Source: Eledone cirrhosa (Eukaryota). Taken from it: 64,000 nucleotides of DNA. Below are positions 52,396 through 64,000 of the stretch, one piece after another. A program made the position numbers and the translations under genes. Below the pieces are notes generated by a model. That model was not told the DNA's origin and did no database searches. It saw nothing but the letters and a program-made list of their open reading frames with translations. Position 1 is the stretch's first letter. Every line of letters begins with the position of its first letter. The DNA is taken from the NCBI GenBank assembly GCA_964016885.1, contig OZ024740.1, positions 18,104,001-18,168,000 of the forward strand. The letters run 5' to 3'.

Positions 52396-52438
52396 ACGCT
52401 GTACTAGTTTCAAGCTTATTAGCTATCGTTAGCAACGT
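52396..52438 (-). ncRNA. Minimal HHR with core variant CTAACGA
   Basis: acgttg CTAACGA tagct-aata-agctt GAAA CTAG TA cagcgt. Confidence 0.7.
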
Positions 52439-52816
52439 ATACCTTCCTGCCAGATTGTTGAACGTATATACTTACCGTATGCATATTAACGGCTGAGTAG
52501 CCCAATTTGCATATCGAGTGGGTTAATCGGCCGGGTGCACCGAAAAAGATAAACGGAAAAAATGAAACGAAATTTCATTTCCCACTCTTTGTACGGCTGT
52601 TACTTAAATATAAGCATGTACACGCACATACATATATGTATACAGACGTACAGTAGTATGTATATATATATACATACATGCACACACATATATATATGCA
52701 CGTATGGATTCACCGAACATTTATTATAATGCTCGGTGTGTTTGTAAACAAACATCCCGTATTAAGCCGTAGTGTCCAGCAACATCGTTGCTCGTTTGTT
52801 CAACACTGACAAAGGA

Positions 52817-52856
52817 ACGCTGTACTAGTTTCAAGCTTATTAGCTATCGTCAGCAA
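52817..52856 (-). ncRNA. Minimal HHR with intact core
   Basis: ttg CTGACGA tagct-aata-agctt GAAA CTAG TA cag. Confidence 0.8.
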
Positions 52857-52915
52857 TCGGTGCTCTGAAATAGCTATATATATATGAATGTATATATATT
52901 GTGTATTTAGCAATA

Positions 52916-53231
52916 CACTGTATGCTTAATTAAAAGCATTTCGAAGTCCTTATGCTATTGTTTTAGAGTGATAGTCTCACTTACTTTAATTTTCAGCAAA
53001 CAGAGGAGATAAAGCCGACAGAGCCCTGTTTCGCATTTGTTGATGCTTATCAAAGCCAACTACTCCTGTTGGCCGAAAATCATGGATGTTTGATTCTTAT
53101 AGAATTCTAGTAAATAATCAGGAACTGATTATACAGAGCGGTTGCCGGTCAAGCAGAAATTGAAAATTAGAATTGGCTCTTCGAAAGGCTTTTAAATGGT
53201 CTTCGAAATGCTTTTAATTAAGCATACAGTG
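52916..53231 (-). mobile_element. Element with 31-bp terminal inverted repeats enclosing a degenerate HHR (53013-53057)
   Basis: cactgtatgcttaattaaaagcatttcgaag / reverse complement; ggct TTGATAA gcat..atgc GAAA CAG-ggct-CTG TC ggct. Confidence 0.72.
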
Positions 53232-53243
53232 AATTGCAAACTA

Positions 53244-53281
<38 letters not shown>

Positions 53282-53283
<2 letters not shown>

Positions 53284-53475
53284 CGAAGGAATTGTGGTAA
53301 TGAACCAGATGGACCATAACGCACCAAAGTACTCAATACTTAGGGTAGTAGAGTGGGTAATAGGAAAAAGTATGACCCCCGACGGCAGAGCTCAAGCCGT
53401 TTCGACGGCTATTTCAGTCCAGAAATAGCCGTCGAAACGGCTTGAGCTCTGCCGTCGGGGTCATACTTTTTCCTA
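53282..53475 (-). mobile_element. Fold-back half-HHR element in (TA)n, copy 3
   Basis: Tail 53282-53360 plus palindrome 53361-53475. Confidence 0.8.
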
Positions 53476-53494
53476 TATATATATATATATATGT

Positions 53495-53791
53495 AGAAGG
53501 TGAGTAATATTGTAGAACAATAAAACTATGCATATATCAGATAAGTAGCACTCAACAGTTGGTATTATGCGCATTTCGAAAACAACATCATCCTGGGACA
53601 AAAATTGTGTTCTCATCAGATAAAATAAGGTAACATGATATGAGGCCTAAAAACACTTGTTTACAGGAAAGTGCAAAGCCTACATATGACAAAGTATAAG
53701 AGTAAGAAAAAGATAGGAAAATAGAAAAAGGGGAGAAGAAGGAGAAAAAGGTAAAAGAAAGTGAAGAGAGGAAAAAAGGAAAAAGAAAGAA

Positions 53792-53848
<57 letters not shown>

Positions 53849-55050
53849 TTGATCAGGAACGCTGTCAAAATGAGCTGTAAATAACGGCTAAAAAGTAAAT
53901 TGATGAGGTGTATGTGCGAATATTATAGAAGGTGTTCAAATATTAGAGGTCTAAAATATAGAAACTGGGTATATTATTTTATATTGGGTTTAAATACTAA
54001 AACTTGGATTAAGAAGTGTAAAAATGTATTAATAAAATAAAATTAAATTAAAATAAAATAAGTATAAAAAATATTTTTATATAAAATAAAAAATAAAAAA
54101 TAAAATAAAATAAAATAAAAAAATAAAAATAGTCTATCTATGTCAAAATAAAAAATTGCTATTAAAAATCCATATATGTGGGGTATACTATTTAATTATT
54201 ATTTAATATCAACAAGTAAATAAAGGAAATTGCTAGAATGATTTAGAAACGTAGAAAAAACATATGATGCATATGGTAAATTTTTCAACTAGACATAAAT
54301 TACAAACACTAGATAAGGAAGCATTGGAGTATGGAGATGCGTTGTAGATTTTATGCCAAGAAATTTCGTAATTAATGTTTTTGTCTTTTAAGGACGAAAT
54401 AGGCTCTGAGAGTGCAGTGCTGGTCCTTTTAAGTGGATATTTAAATGTATAAGAATGATTATAGAATCTTGCTTTAAAATAGGTAGAAGTAGAGCCAATG
54501 TAGGTATAGGTATGTGTACTAGTTACCACTTTACATTCATATACTAGGTTTTTATCGAGACAGAAATTACTAAGAGGACAATTAGTTCTAATAGGGCAGT
54601 TGCATTTACGATTAAGATTATTTACAGTGTTATTGGCAAGTGGCCCAGGGTTAATTATATTAGGAACTGGAGTGGTGGAATTAACTAAAGGAGGTGCTAA
54701 AGTTTCTAGATTTACATTACTATTTGATGTATTCCTCAAAGTTACGTTTGACGTCGTATTTATATTTGTGTTATTTTGCCGAGAGTTTACATTGACGTCA
54801 GGCCTTATAGTGTTATTATTATGACTCTCATGGTTGGATGCATATAAGTTATTCTTTAATATTTTAGAATTATGTCTTGAGATAATATTAGAAATGTTCG
54901 AGGTAGTGGAATATGAGAATTTAATAGTATGCTTATTGAATATCTTGCTATATATATGTGGAGGGAAGCTGTTATATAAAGCCCTAAAAAATAATTTAGG
55001 GATATTATTACTAACGGAACTACACGTGGGACAGAGAAGTCACATCGTGT
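53495..55050 (-). mobile_element. 5'-truncated Penelope-like element with terminal HHR
   Basis: WLLCPTCSS..IFNKHTIKFSYST, CNCPIRTNCPLSNFCL, LVYECKV..YIGSTSTYFKARFYNH, CNLCLVEK. Confidence 0.85.
53563..53625 (-). ncRNA. Type I hammerhead ribozyme in PLE terminus
   Basis: tat CTGATGA gaacacaa..ttgttttc GAAA TGCGCA TA ata. Confidence 0.72.
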
Positions 55051-55088
55051 TTAAGGGCAGTGAACCAGTGGCCTCTTATATATATATA

Positions 55089-55427
55089 TATAGTGGAATA
55101 AAACAAGGACGATTGGTTACTCCTTCATTACCTTCATTACGTTTATTGGTTGGTGACGGGCGTTTCGCCACTGATCAGCTCAAGGTTTGATCTGTATCGA
55201 TCTAGCCCATTGATCTAGCTAGATCGATACAGATCAAACCTTCAGCTGATCAGTGGCGAAATGCCCGTCACCAACCAATAAACGTAATGAAGGAGTAAGC
55301 AATTGTCCTTGTTTTATTTCACTATAATACACTCTGTCTAGCTGTACACCTCGACACAGAAGTGAACCTAAACATCGAGTGCTCACCCGGGTGAACCTAC
55401 AGTAACTCCAAATTACACTCCCTGGAT
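55089..55427 (+). mobile_element. Fold-back palindrome (55089-55326) of a half-HHR terminus plus tail; single-arm copy at ~57409-57500 (-)
   Basis: ~110-bp inverted arms; GAAA CGCGCG TC ACCAACC consensus seen in the 57450 copy. Confidence 0.75.
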
Positions 55428-55665
55428 ATATATATATTATCATCATCATCATTTTACGTCCGCATTTCCTTGCTTGCAAGGGTGGGACGGGAACTGATTC
55501 TGGCTAGATTTCTATAGTTGGATGCCCTTCCTAACACCAACCTCATTTACAGTGAGTGGTGGGTGCTTTTTTGCTGTGGCACCTCCACGACCACTTTGCA
55601 GTGGAATGATAGGAACCCCGGTCCTATCATCTCATTTCTACAGCTGAGTAAACTGGAGCAATGTG

Positions 55666-55701
<36 letters not shown>

Positions 55702-55706
55702 ATCTA

Positions 55707-55777
<71 letters not shown>

Positions 55778-55779
<2 letters not shown>

Positions 55780-55966
55780 CGAAGGAAATGTGGTAAGGAA
55801 CCAGGTGGACCATAACGCACCAAAGTACTCAATACTTGAGGTAGTAGAGTGGGTAATAGGAACCAGTAAGACCCCGACAGCTGAGCTCAAGCCGTTTCGA
55901 CGGCTAATTCTGGACAGAATTAGCCGTCGAAACGGCTTGAGCTCAGCTGTCGGGGTCTTACTGGTT

Positions 55967-55970
<4 letters not shown>
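55778..55970 (-). mobile_element. Fold-back half-HHR element in (TA)n, copy 4
   Basis: Tail 55778-55856 plus perfect palindrome 55857-55970 with 4-nt loop. Confidence 0.8.
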
Positions 55971-56048
<78 letters not shown>

Positions 56049-56392
56049 AGAGTATTGAAGTTTGCTTGAAGCATTGTAGAATAATAAAAAAAATTTTTTT
56101 ATTTTGGTCGTTTTGGAAGCCTCAACAATGCAGATGGGTAAATCTCCGGGTAACAGAATCCGGTGGTGAAGAGAAAGATGTAAGGGGATATTGAATGAGA
56201 TGTATAGTGTGTAGAGGAACGTAGGAAAGAGCGTAAAAAATAAAAATAATAACACGAGATAGAGTTACCATGGGAGAGATTTAATTGTCCCTATATTTCG
56301 GATTTGCATCCATCACCTGGGGGTTTTCTGGGCAGGGAAGTTATCTGTCGGAGAGGAACGGTACGTGGCCTCTGTTGTCCCCTGTTTGTATG

Positions 56393-56469
<77 letters not shown>

Positions 56470-56471
<2 letters not shown>

Positions 56472-57405
56472 GTTTGAATATGTATAATAAAGCCAAAACA
56501 ATGCAGGTATGGACATAGAATGAAGAATGCAAATGCAAAAGATATTGTTGACAATTCGTCTTTTACCTTAGATTTATTTAAATGTCCTTAATTTTCGAGA
56601 TAATATCTCTTCTTCAGAGGGAAATAAAGGTCTCAAACCAGCGTTCTAACTAGCTTGCCAAGCCATGCTGACAGGAAATAGTATAGAGTATCTGTTCTAT
56701 CTCTAATGTCAAAGAGTTAAAATTAGGTGGATAAAGAGTAGTCTCCCTTTAAAAGGGGTTTGTTTTGGTTTTTTTTTTATATACATGCCTGTTTAAGTGT
56801 GTGGGAGAATGCATGAAGGTGTAAGTATGTGAGTGTGTGTGTGTGAGTGTGAGAAGATAAGTCTATTCGTAAATGTGGGGGATAGGTGTTATCTGGTGTT
56901 AGAACTGGTTTTGTGTGTGTATGTGTGAGAGAGAATAAGTGGAGGTGTAAGCGTGTGTGTGTGTGCGTGCGTGCGTGTGTGTGGGGGTGTGTAAATATGG
57001 GGCTAGAAGCCCTATCAGGTTATAAATTGGGTGTTGAGTTCTAGTCTATTATTGATTGGTGGTTGTGTTTTATCTATAATTAGTGCTTCCTTAATTCTAA
57101 GATTGCCGAGGTTTCTTTCCTTAGTTTCTATCCTAACTGTTATGGTTTTGTCGGTGTTTTTGCATTTAACTAGGTGTTTCTTAAATGAGGAAGCGTTAGT
57201 ATTGAGGTGTTCTTTTATTCTTATGTGGAGTGGTCTGGTGGTGCTACCTACGTAGAAGTTGTTGCATTTGTCACACTCTAGTCTGTATACGACGTAAGCC
57301 TGGTGGCATTGGTCTGTGTCGTTGATGGGGCAGTTGGCTAGTCTGCAGCAGTTGTCATGTCTGATGGAGTGTCTTTTGGTTAGCTGTCTTTGGTTAGTGA
57401 AAAGA
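56470..57405 (-). mobile_element. PLE 3' fragment (GIY-YIG, 3' UTR, HHR-like motif at ~56574-56628)
   Basis: - strand reads CCRLANCPIND..VVYRLECDKCNNFYVGSTTRPLHIRIKEH..LRIKEALII..PPINNRLE; CTGAAGA agaga-tatta-tctc GAAA. Confidence 0.8.
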
Positions 57406-58160
57406 TATCAAGGACGATTGGTTACTCCTTCATTACATTTATTGGTTGGTGACGCGCGTTTCGCAACTGATCAGCTCAAGGTTCGATTTGTATCGATCTT
57501 ACCCAACTCTGTAATCTGCAGCTCGATGGACCCCTTGAAATGCTAGTAGAAAAATATATATATTACAAATTGACACCAAAGTGAAATGCACAAAATTGTA
57601 TGAGAAAATTGGTAAAGATTTGATATCAACACAAAATAATTGTTTCTACTTTTTGGCACCAGGCCAGTAATTACCCAGTACATTACTGGTACTTTATTTT
57701 ATCGACCCCGTAAGGATGAAAGGCAAAATAAACCTCGGCGGGATTCAAAATATTGTTTCTGATTTTAAGTGCAAGGCCAGGGGAGGTCGATTAAATCAAC
57801 ACCAGTGTGTCACTGGTACTTTATTTTATCGACTCTGTAAGGTTGAAAACCAAAGCTATCCTTGGCAGGATTTGAAATCAGAACATAAAGAGCCGTAACT
57901 CTATGCTGCGAAGCAGGGTATCTGACGCTCTACCAATACTGCCAATCCATCACCCTATATCAACACAAAATAGTAATAAAATATTTAATTTTACAAACAT
58001 TTTAAACTCAATTTTACCAACATATACCATCGCTAGCATCTGCAGACACTCGGCTGTATTCTAAACTTTATCTACAGTGTGTCATTTGGGTGTTTTAATG
58101 TTACAGTTAGATTTCTCTTAAACCAATTAGACATCCGTTATAAATACATTCCACATTTCT

Positions 58161-58231
<71 letters not shown>

Positions 58232-58365
58232 TACATACACATACATTCACACACACACATGCATGTATATAAATATCAATATATATATACATACACATAC
58301 ATTCACACACACACACATGCATGTATTTAAATATATATATATACATATAAGTTTTAATATAGATG

Positions 58366-58414
58366 AGATTCTACAGGACTAGAACTGTTTCATTCTTTAG
58401 AAATCATCAGAATT
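58366..58414 (-). ncRNA. HHR family B copy
   Basis: Reverse complement of the 27302-27346 core; stem I 5' strand truncated. Confidence 0.75.
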
Positions 58415-58478
58415 ATATATATATGTATATATATATATACATATATATATACATACACATACATTCACACACACATGC

Positions 58479-58520
<42 letters not shown>

Positions 58521-58734
58521 TTGTTTTATTATTAATTAAGGGCGGTGGATTGGCAGTATCGGTAGAGGGTCGGACGCCATGCTTTCCAGCATAGTTACGT
58601 CCCTTTACGATCTGAGTTCAAATCCCGCCGAGGTTGACTTTGCCTTTCATCCTTACGGGGTCGATAAAATAAAGTACCAGTAATGCACTGGGTAATTGCT
58701 GGCCTTGTGCCTAAATTGGAAACAATTATTAATT

Positions 58735-61464
58735 AAGCTTAGATTAGTTGTAGGCAGGAGACTACTGTCAATCATCTCGGCCTATGCTCCCCAAGCAGGC
58801 CTAGGCAAAGATGAGAAAGACTGCTTTTACGAGCAACTTTTACAAACAACCGCAATGACAGAGGACGGAGACATCGTTATGCTAGCGGGAGACTTCAATG
58901 GTCATGTTGGTCAGTTCCAGGATGGTTACACTGTGGTACATGGTGGGCACGGTTACGCAGGTACACGGTGATGCAGGTACATTGACTATTTGCAACACAA
59001 ACTTCCAGAAACCTGCCAATCACCTAATAACCTACAAATCTGGTGAGCACATAAGCCAGATTGACTTCTTACTAGTTAGGCAGCGGGACAGGCAGATAGT
59101 GTCTAATACCAAGGCATACCCTGGGGAAGAATGTACCCCACAGCATAGGTTAGTTGTTAGTGATATCTCAGTAAGCAAGAGATGGAATGAGACATATAGG
59201 AAGGTGTGGAGAAGTAAGGTCTGGAAGCTAAAAGACCTTTCACTAAAATACAAATTTAGGAAAGCCCTTCAAGATGTATATGACGAAAAAGAAGACGATT
59301 TAGAGACGTATGACTAGATAATAACTGGAATTTCTTACGTGACAACTTGCTGCAGGCTACTGATGAAACTTGTGGCTGGAGCAGAGCTCAAACCAGACAG
59401 AGAGTGACCTGGTGGTGGAACAGCACAGTAGATAAGGCCATTAGAGACAAAAGGCTAGCATGGAAGGCTTGGAAAAAGGGTGGGAGTAGGGAAGAATATA
59501 CAGCCACTAAGAGAGAAGCTAGATGTCAGGTGTACTTAGCACGCAGGGAGGTGGAGAGTAGGAGGTTTGCCAATGTTCTGCGACGAGAAGATCAGAGGCG
59601 TGCGGTGTTCCACATTGCAAGGCAGTGTGTCAATGCAAATCAGGATCTTGTTGGAGATAAATGTGTCCGGGATGATACCGGTGTACTTAGTGTCACAAAT
59701 GATCAGAAAAAGGAGGCCTGGAAATGTCATTATGAGAGACTGATGAATGTGGAGAACGAATGGGAGAGAGAGAAATTACCCTTAGTAGATCCGACAGAGG
59801 GACCAGCTATTGAGATTGACGAATATAGGGTCCAAGAGGCGATTAGGGAAATGAAAAATGGTAAGGCTGCTGGACCATCGGGAATAGTTGCTGAGATGCT
59901 GAAGGCATCAGGGGACGTAGGCACTAAACTGGTTGCACGCATCATCAATCAGGCTATATTTGGTGGTGTCATACCCAAAGACTGGTGCAGCAGTATTCTC
60001 ATAAATTGCTACAAAGGTAAAGGGGATGCTTTGGAGAGGAGCAATTATAGGGGTATACAACTGATAGATCAGGTTATGAAAGTGGCAGAAAGGATATTAG
60101 CACAAGTAATTAGAGAAAGGGTCAAACTAGATGAGATGCAGATTGGTTTTGTGCCTTGGAAGAGTAAAACAGATGCCTTCTTCTTGTTGAGACAATTGCA
60201 AGAGAGGTTCTTAGAGAAAAATAAGCCACTATACTTAGCCTTTGTTGACCTAGAGAAGGCCTTTGATAGGGTACCCCGATCTGTCATCTGGTGGTCCCTA
60301 AGGAAGCTAGGTGTTGAGGAATGGCTTGTGAGGACAGTGCAAACTTTGTACAGAGGTACTCTCAGTAAAGTCAGGGTAGGAATGGAGTTTAGTGAGGAAT
60401 TCCAGATACAAGTAGGAGTACATCAGGGTTCGGTCCTCAGCCCGCTCTTGTTCATTATAGTCCTCCAAGCCATAACAGAGGAGTTTAAGACTGGCTGTCT
60501 ATGGGAACTTCTCTATGCTGACTATCTGGTTCTTATAGCAGAATCAGTAGAGGAGCTAGAGAATAAATTCTGGCTATGGAAACAGCAGTTGGAAGCAAGA
60601 GGACTGAGAGTGAACCTAGCTAAGACAAAAGTGTTGATGAGTAGAAAAGAGGACAAAACCCTGATTCCGTCAGGGAAATGGCCATGTTCGATATGCAGAA
60701 AAGGAACTGGCATAAATTCTATAAAATGCACACAATGCAGATCCTGGGTACACAAGAGATGTAGCGGGATAGCAGGCAAACTAACAGGTAGGGAGAAATA
60801 TGTATGCAGTAGATGTACAGGGAAATTAGACAGTAGAAGTCGCATTGATAGACACATTTTTCAAATGCAGGAGGGCGCTATAGAAGTGGTGGATAGCTTC
60901 TGGTACCTAAGAGATCAGATTAGCATGGGAGGAGGGTGTTCCGAGGCCATAGTATCTAGAATAAGGACGGGTTGGAAGAAGTTTAGGGAGCTGCTTCCTC
61001 TGTTGATGAAGAAGGGTTTCTCCCTGCGTACGAAAGGCCGGTTGTATGATGCCTGTGTGAGGAGCGCGATGCTGCATGGTAGTGAGACATGGGCAGCAAC
61101 TGCATAGGATATGCGACGGCTGGAGAGAAATGAGGCAAGCATGCTCCGTTGGATGAGCAGTGTAAATGTGCGTGAACGACCCAGCATAAATGTGTTGAGA
61201 GAGAAACTGTGTCTGAGAGGGATAGAATGTAGTGTATGGGAGAGGAGACTGAGGTGGTATGGACATGTGATGCGCATGGAGGATGACCGATGGGTGAAGA
61301 AGTGCCATGAAATGCCAGTTGAAGGAAGACGTGGTAGAGGTAGACCACGAAAAACATGGGTGGAGGTGGTGAGAACAGACCTCAGATCATTGAAGCTCAC
61401 GGTGGAGATGACGAAGGACCGTGACGAGTGGAGAGATGCTGTGCTGAATAAGACCCGTCCCACC
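58735..61464 (+). mobile_element. 5'-truncated RTE-clade LINE (APE C-term, RT, internal PHD-like finger)
   Basis: SAYAPQ, GDFNGHVG, QIDF, NYRGI, FVDLEKAFDRV, GVHQGSVLSP, LYAD, LHGSETW, GRPRKTW; several stops. Confidence 0.92.
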
Positions 61465-62070
61465 AAGAAGAGGGCATCTGTTGTACTCTACCCAGGCACA
61501 AAACCAAACTGCATCTCATCTAGTTTGACCCTTTCTCTAATTACTTGTGCTAATATCCTTTCTGCCACTTTCATAACCTGATCTATCAGTTTTATACCCC
61601 TATAATTGCTCCTCTCCAAAGCATCCCCTTTACCTTTGTAGCAATTTATGAGAATACTGCTGCACCAGTCTTTGGGTATGACAGCACCATATATAGCCTG
61701 ATTGATGATGCGTGCAACCAGTTTAGTGCCTACGTCCCCTGATGCCTTCAGCATCTCAGCAACTATTCCTGATGATCCAGCAGCCTTACCATTTTTCATT
61801 TCCCTAATCGCCTCTTGGACCCTATATTCGTCAATCTCAATAGCTGGTCCCTCTGTCGGATCTACTAAGGGTAATTTCTCTCTCTCCCATTCGTTCTCCA
61901 CATTCATCAGTCTCTCATAATGACATTTCCAGGCCTCCTTTTTCTGATCATTTGTGACACTAAGTATACCGGCATCATTCCGGACACATTTATCTCCAAC
62001 AACATCCTGATTTGCATTGACACACTGCCTTGCAATGTGGAACACCGCACGCCTCTGATCTTCCCGTCGC
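61465..62070 (-). mobile_element. Inverted internal fragment of the same RTE family
   Basis: Reverse complement of ~59579-60186 with scattered substitutions. Confidence 0.9.
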
Positions 62071-62097
62071 ATATATGTATATATATATATATGTATG

Positions 62098-62149
62098 GGC
62101 TTTCCTGATGATTTCCTCAGAATGAAACACTTCTAGTCCTGTAGAAGCC
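62098..62149 (+). ncRNA. HHR family B variant
   Basis: GGCTTTC CTGATGA tttc-ctca-gaat GAAA CAC..CTG TA GAAGCC. Confidence 0.75.
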
Positions 62150-62159
62150 AATTCTATGT

Positions 62160-62249
<90 letters not shown>

Positions 62250-62550
62250 TATGTATATATCATCATCATTATCATCATCATCACCGTTTTACATCCATTC
62301 TTCCACACTAGCATGGGTTAGACGGGTTGTCCTGTTGTGGGCACTGTTAGGTCGGGTGACCTTGTCTCATATATATTATATTCATATATATATAACCCAT
62401 GCTAAACCCATGCTAGCATGGAAGATTGACGTTAAACGATGATGATGATGATGATGATGAACCAAAGTTTATATGGTTCGTTGATTATTCAACGAATACA
62501 ATTTTACAATAGATTAGAAGCACTCAACAGATATTTATCTGGAGTATTTA

Positions 62551-62800
62551 ATATTATTCAAAATATTAATAAATGAAAAATATTCTCATAATCAAAATAT
62601 ATATTTTATTATACATATTTCAAAGGTACAATGGTGTTTAAGTACGTTTTCATCAGATAAAATATATAAAAGATTGGATATCCAATCTCTTATATATTTT
62701 ATCTGATGAAAACGCACTTAAACACCATTGTACCTTTGAAATATGTATAATAAAATATATATTTTGATTATAAGAATATTTTTCATTTATTAATATTTTG

Positions 62801-62808
<8 letters not shown>
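62551..62808. repeat. 258-bp near-perfect palindrome carrying two divergent complete HHRs
   Basis: Centre GGAT|ATCC at 62679/62680; + arm ttttat CTGATGA .. GAAA TATGTA TA ataaaa (62697-62755), mirrored on -. Confidence 0.9.
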
Positions 62809-62876
<68 letters not shown>

Positions 62877-62942
62877 ATATACATTTACACACATATCAAT
62901 ATAAACACATATATAAGCATGCAGATGTACTTACACACACCT

Positions 62943-63100
62943 GTTTTCAAATGCGGGTAGGACCTATAGAGGTGGTTGATAGCTTCCGATACCTAGGTGA
63001 TCAGATTAGTAAGGGTGGGGGTGTTCCGAGGCCATAGTATCCAGAATAAGGACTCGCTGGAAGAAGTTTAGGGAGCTGCTTGCTCTGTTGACAAAGAAGT
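62943..63100 (+). mobile_element. Short RTE RT fragment
   Basis: IEVVDSFRYLGDQIS..RIRTRWKKFRELL, homologous to 60858-61013. Confidence 0.75.
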
Positions 63101-64000
63101 ACATTATATTCAAAAATTCTAACCATCCTAAAACTAAAAGCCCAGCTGAGGGTACAAATAAATTGTTACGGCTGTCACTGGTGGGGGGGGGGGAGTCACC
63201 AGTGGAGGGGACCGGGGCAACTGCCCCCTTTACCCCCCATTAAATTTAGTCCTGCACACACACACACATATATGTATATACATTAAACTTCAGTACTATT
63301 TCTGATTGCTAAATTCTACTCTTGACGCATTGATTAACACAAGTCTATGCATGTTATTTGAAGGGAATTTAGTTGCTGTTTCTAACATACATGGCAAACC
63401 AGATCATATTTCACCTTAAATCTCTTTCATGATTACTGACCTGAAGCAAAAGAAAAGTAATATTTTACATAATTCTAAGTTAATATTTTCATAGCAGTCA
63501 GTTAATATTTTCATATCAATAGACTAACACACCCGTCACACAACATTGAATACAACTTACTCAATACAAATGTCATTTACATAATACACAAATACAATAT
63601 ATTACTGAATAACAACACAAATATACCCAAATCATGTTATATTAGCATGAAAAATATACACACACACACATAATATATATATATGATATATAATACATAT
63701 ATATATATATTGATTGTCAGTGAAATATGTGCCACAGCTTTGTTAGTAAAGGACTTTTTAACATCTACACTGAACTTTACATTCTCTTTACATTCTTCCT
63801 CTACTGCGTCTTCCTTCTACTGGGATTTCTTGGCATGTATATATATATATACATATGAAAAACCACAGACCCTCCATCTCAACTCTACTTTTGAAAAGCA
63901 GAAGAACTGCGAAACCGGTAAAGGAACCAAATAAATATATATATTTAAAAAAAAAATAAGACTCCAGTTGCATTTTCGATTTCATCTTTTTTTCTTTATA

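Larger units (their letters stand above)
52186..52856 (-). mobile_element. Partial tandem repeat (~421-bp unit, ~1.6 copies) with an HHR in each copy; retrozyme or pLTR-like
   Basis: Direct repeats 52186-52435 and 52608-52856, near identical. Confidence 0.8.

Noticed and set aside
53405-53430. Parvovirus-like flip/flop loops between hairpin copies 3 and 4 (AGTCCA vs TGGACA)
   Set aside because: Copy 2 contains both TGGAC and GTCCA, so different central deletions or fold points explain it.

Overview
Eukaryotic, repeat-saturated window with no recognisable host gene. The repeat spectrum (tRNA-derived CORE- and Meta-type SINEs, RTE/CR1/CRE LINEs, very abundant (TA)n) resembles a cephalopod/octopus genome; this is an inference. 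Contents: a head-to-tail array of three Tx1/L1-clade LINEs (1-11.6 kb), several Penelope-like elements (PLEs), an RTE-like LINE with a twin-priming-type inversion and 10-bp TSD, further RTE/CR1/CRE/R4-like fragments, hAT, maT, mariner, piggyBac-type and Helitron DNA elements, and micro/minisatellites. The most striking hidden signal is more than a dozen complete, degenerate or half type-I hammerhead ribozyme (HHR) motifs. They occur as PLE termini, as a 421-nt tandem retrozyme-like unit, and as fold-back palindromes in (TA)n tracts, including a four-copy family whose hairpin arms co-vary within each copy. All calls were made by eye; boundaries without TSD/TIR support are approximate.
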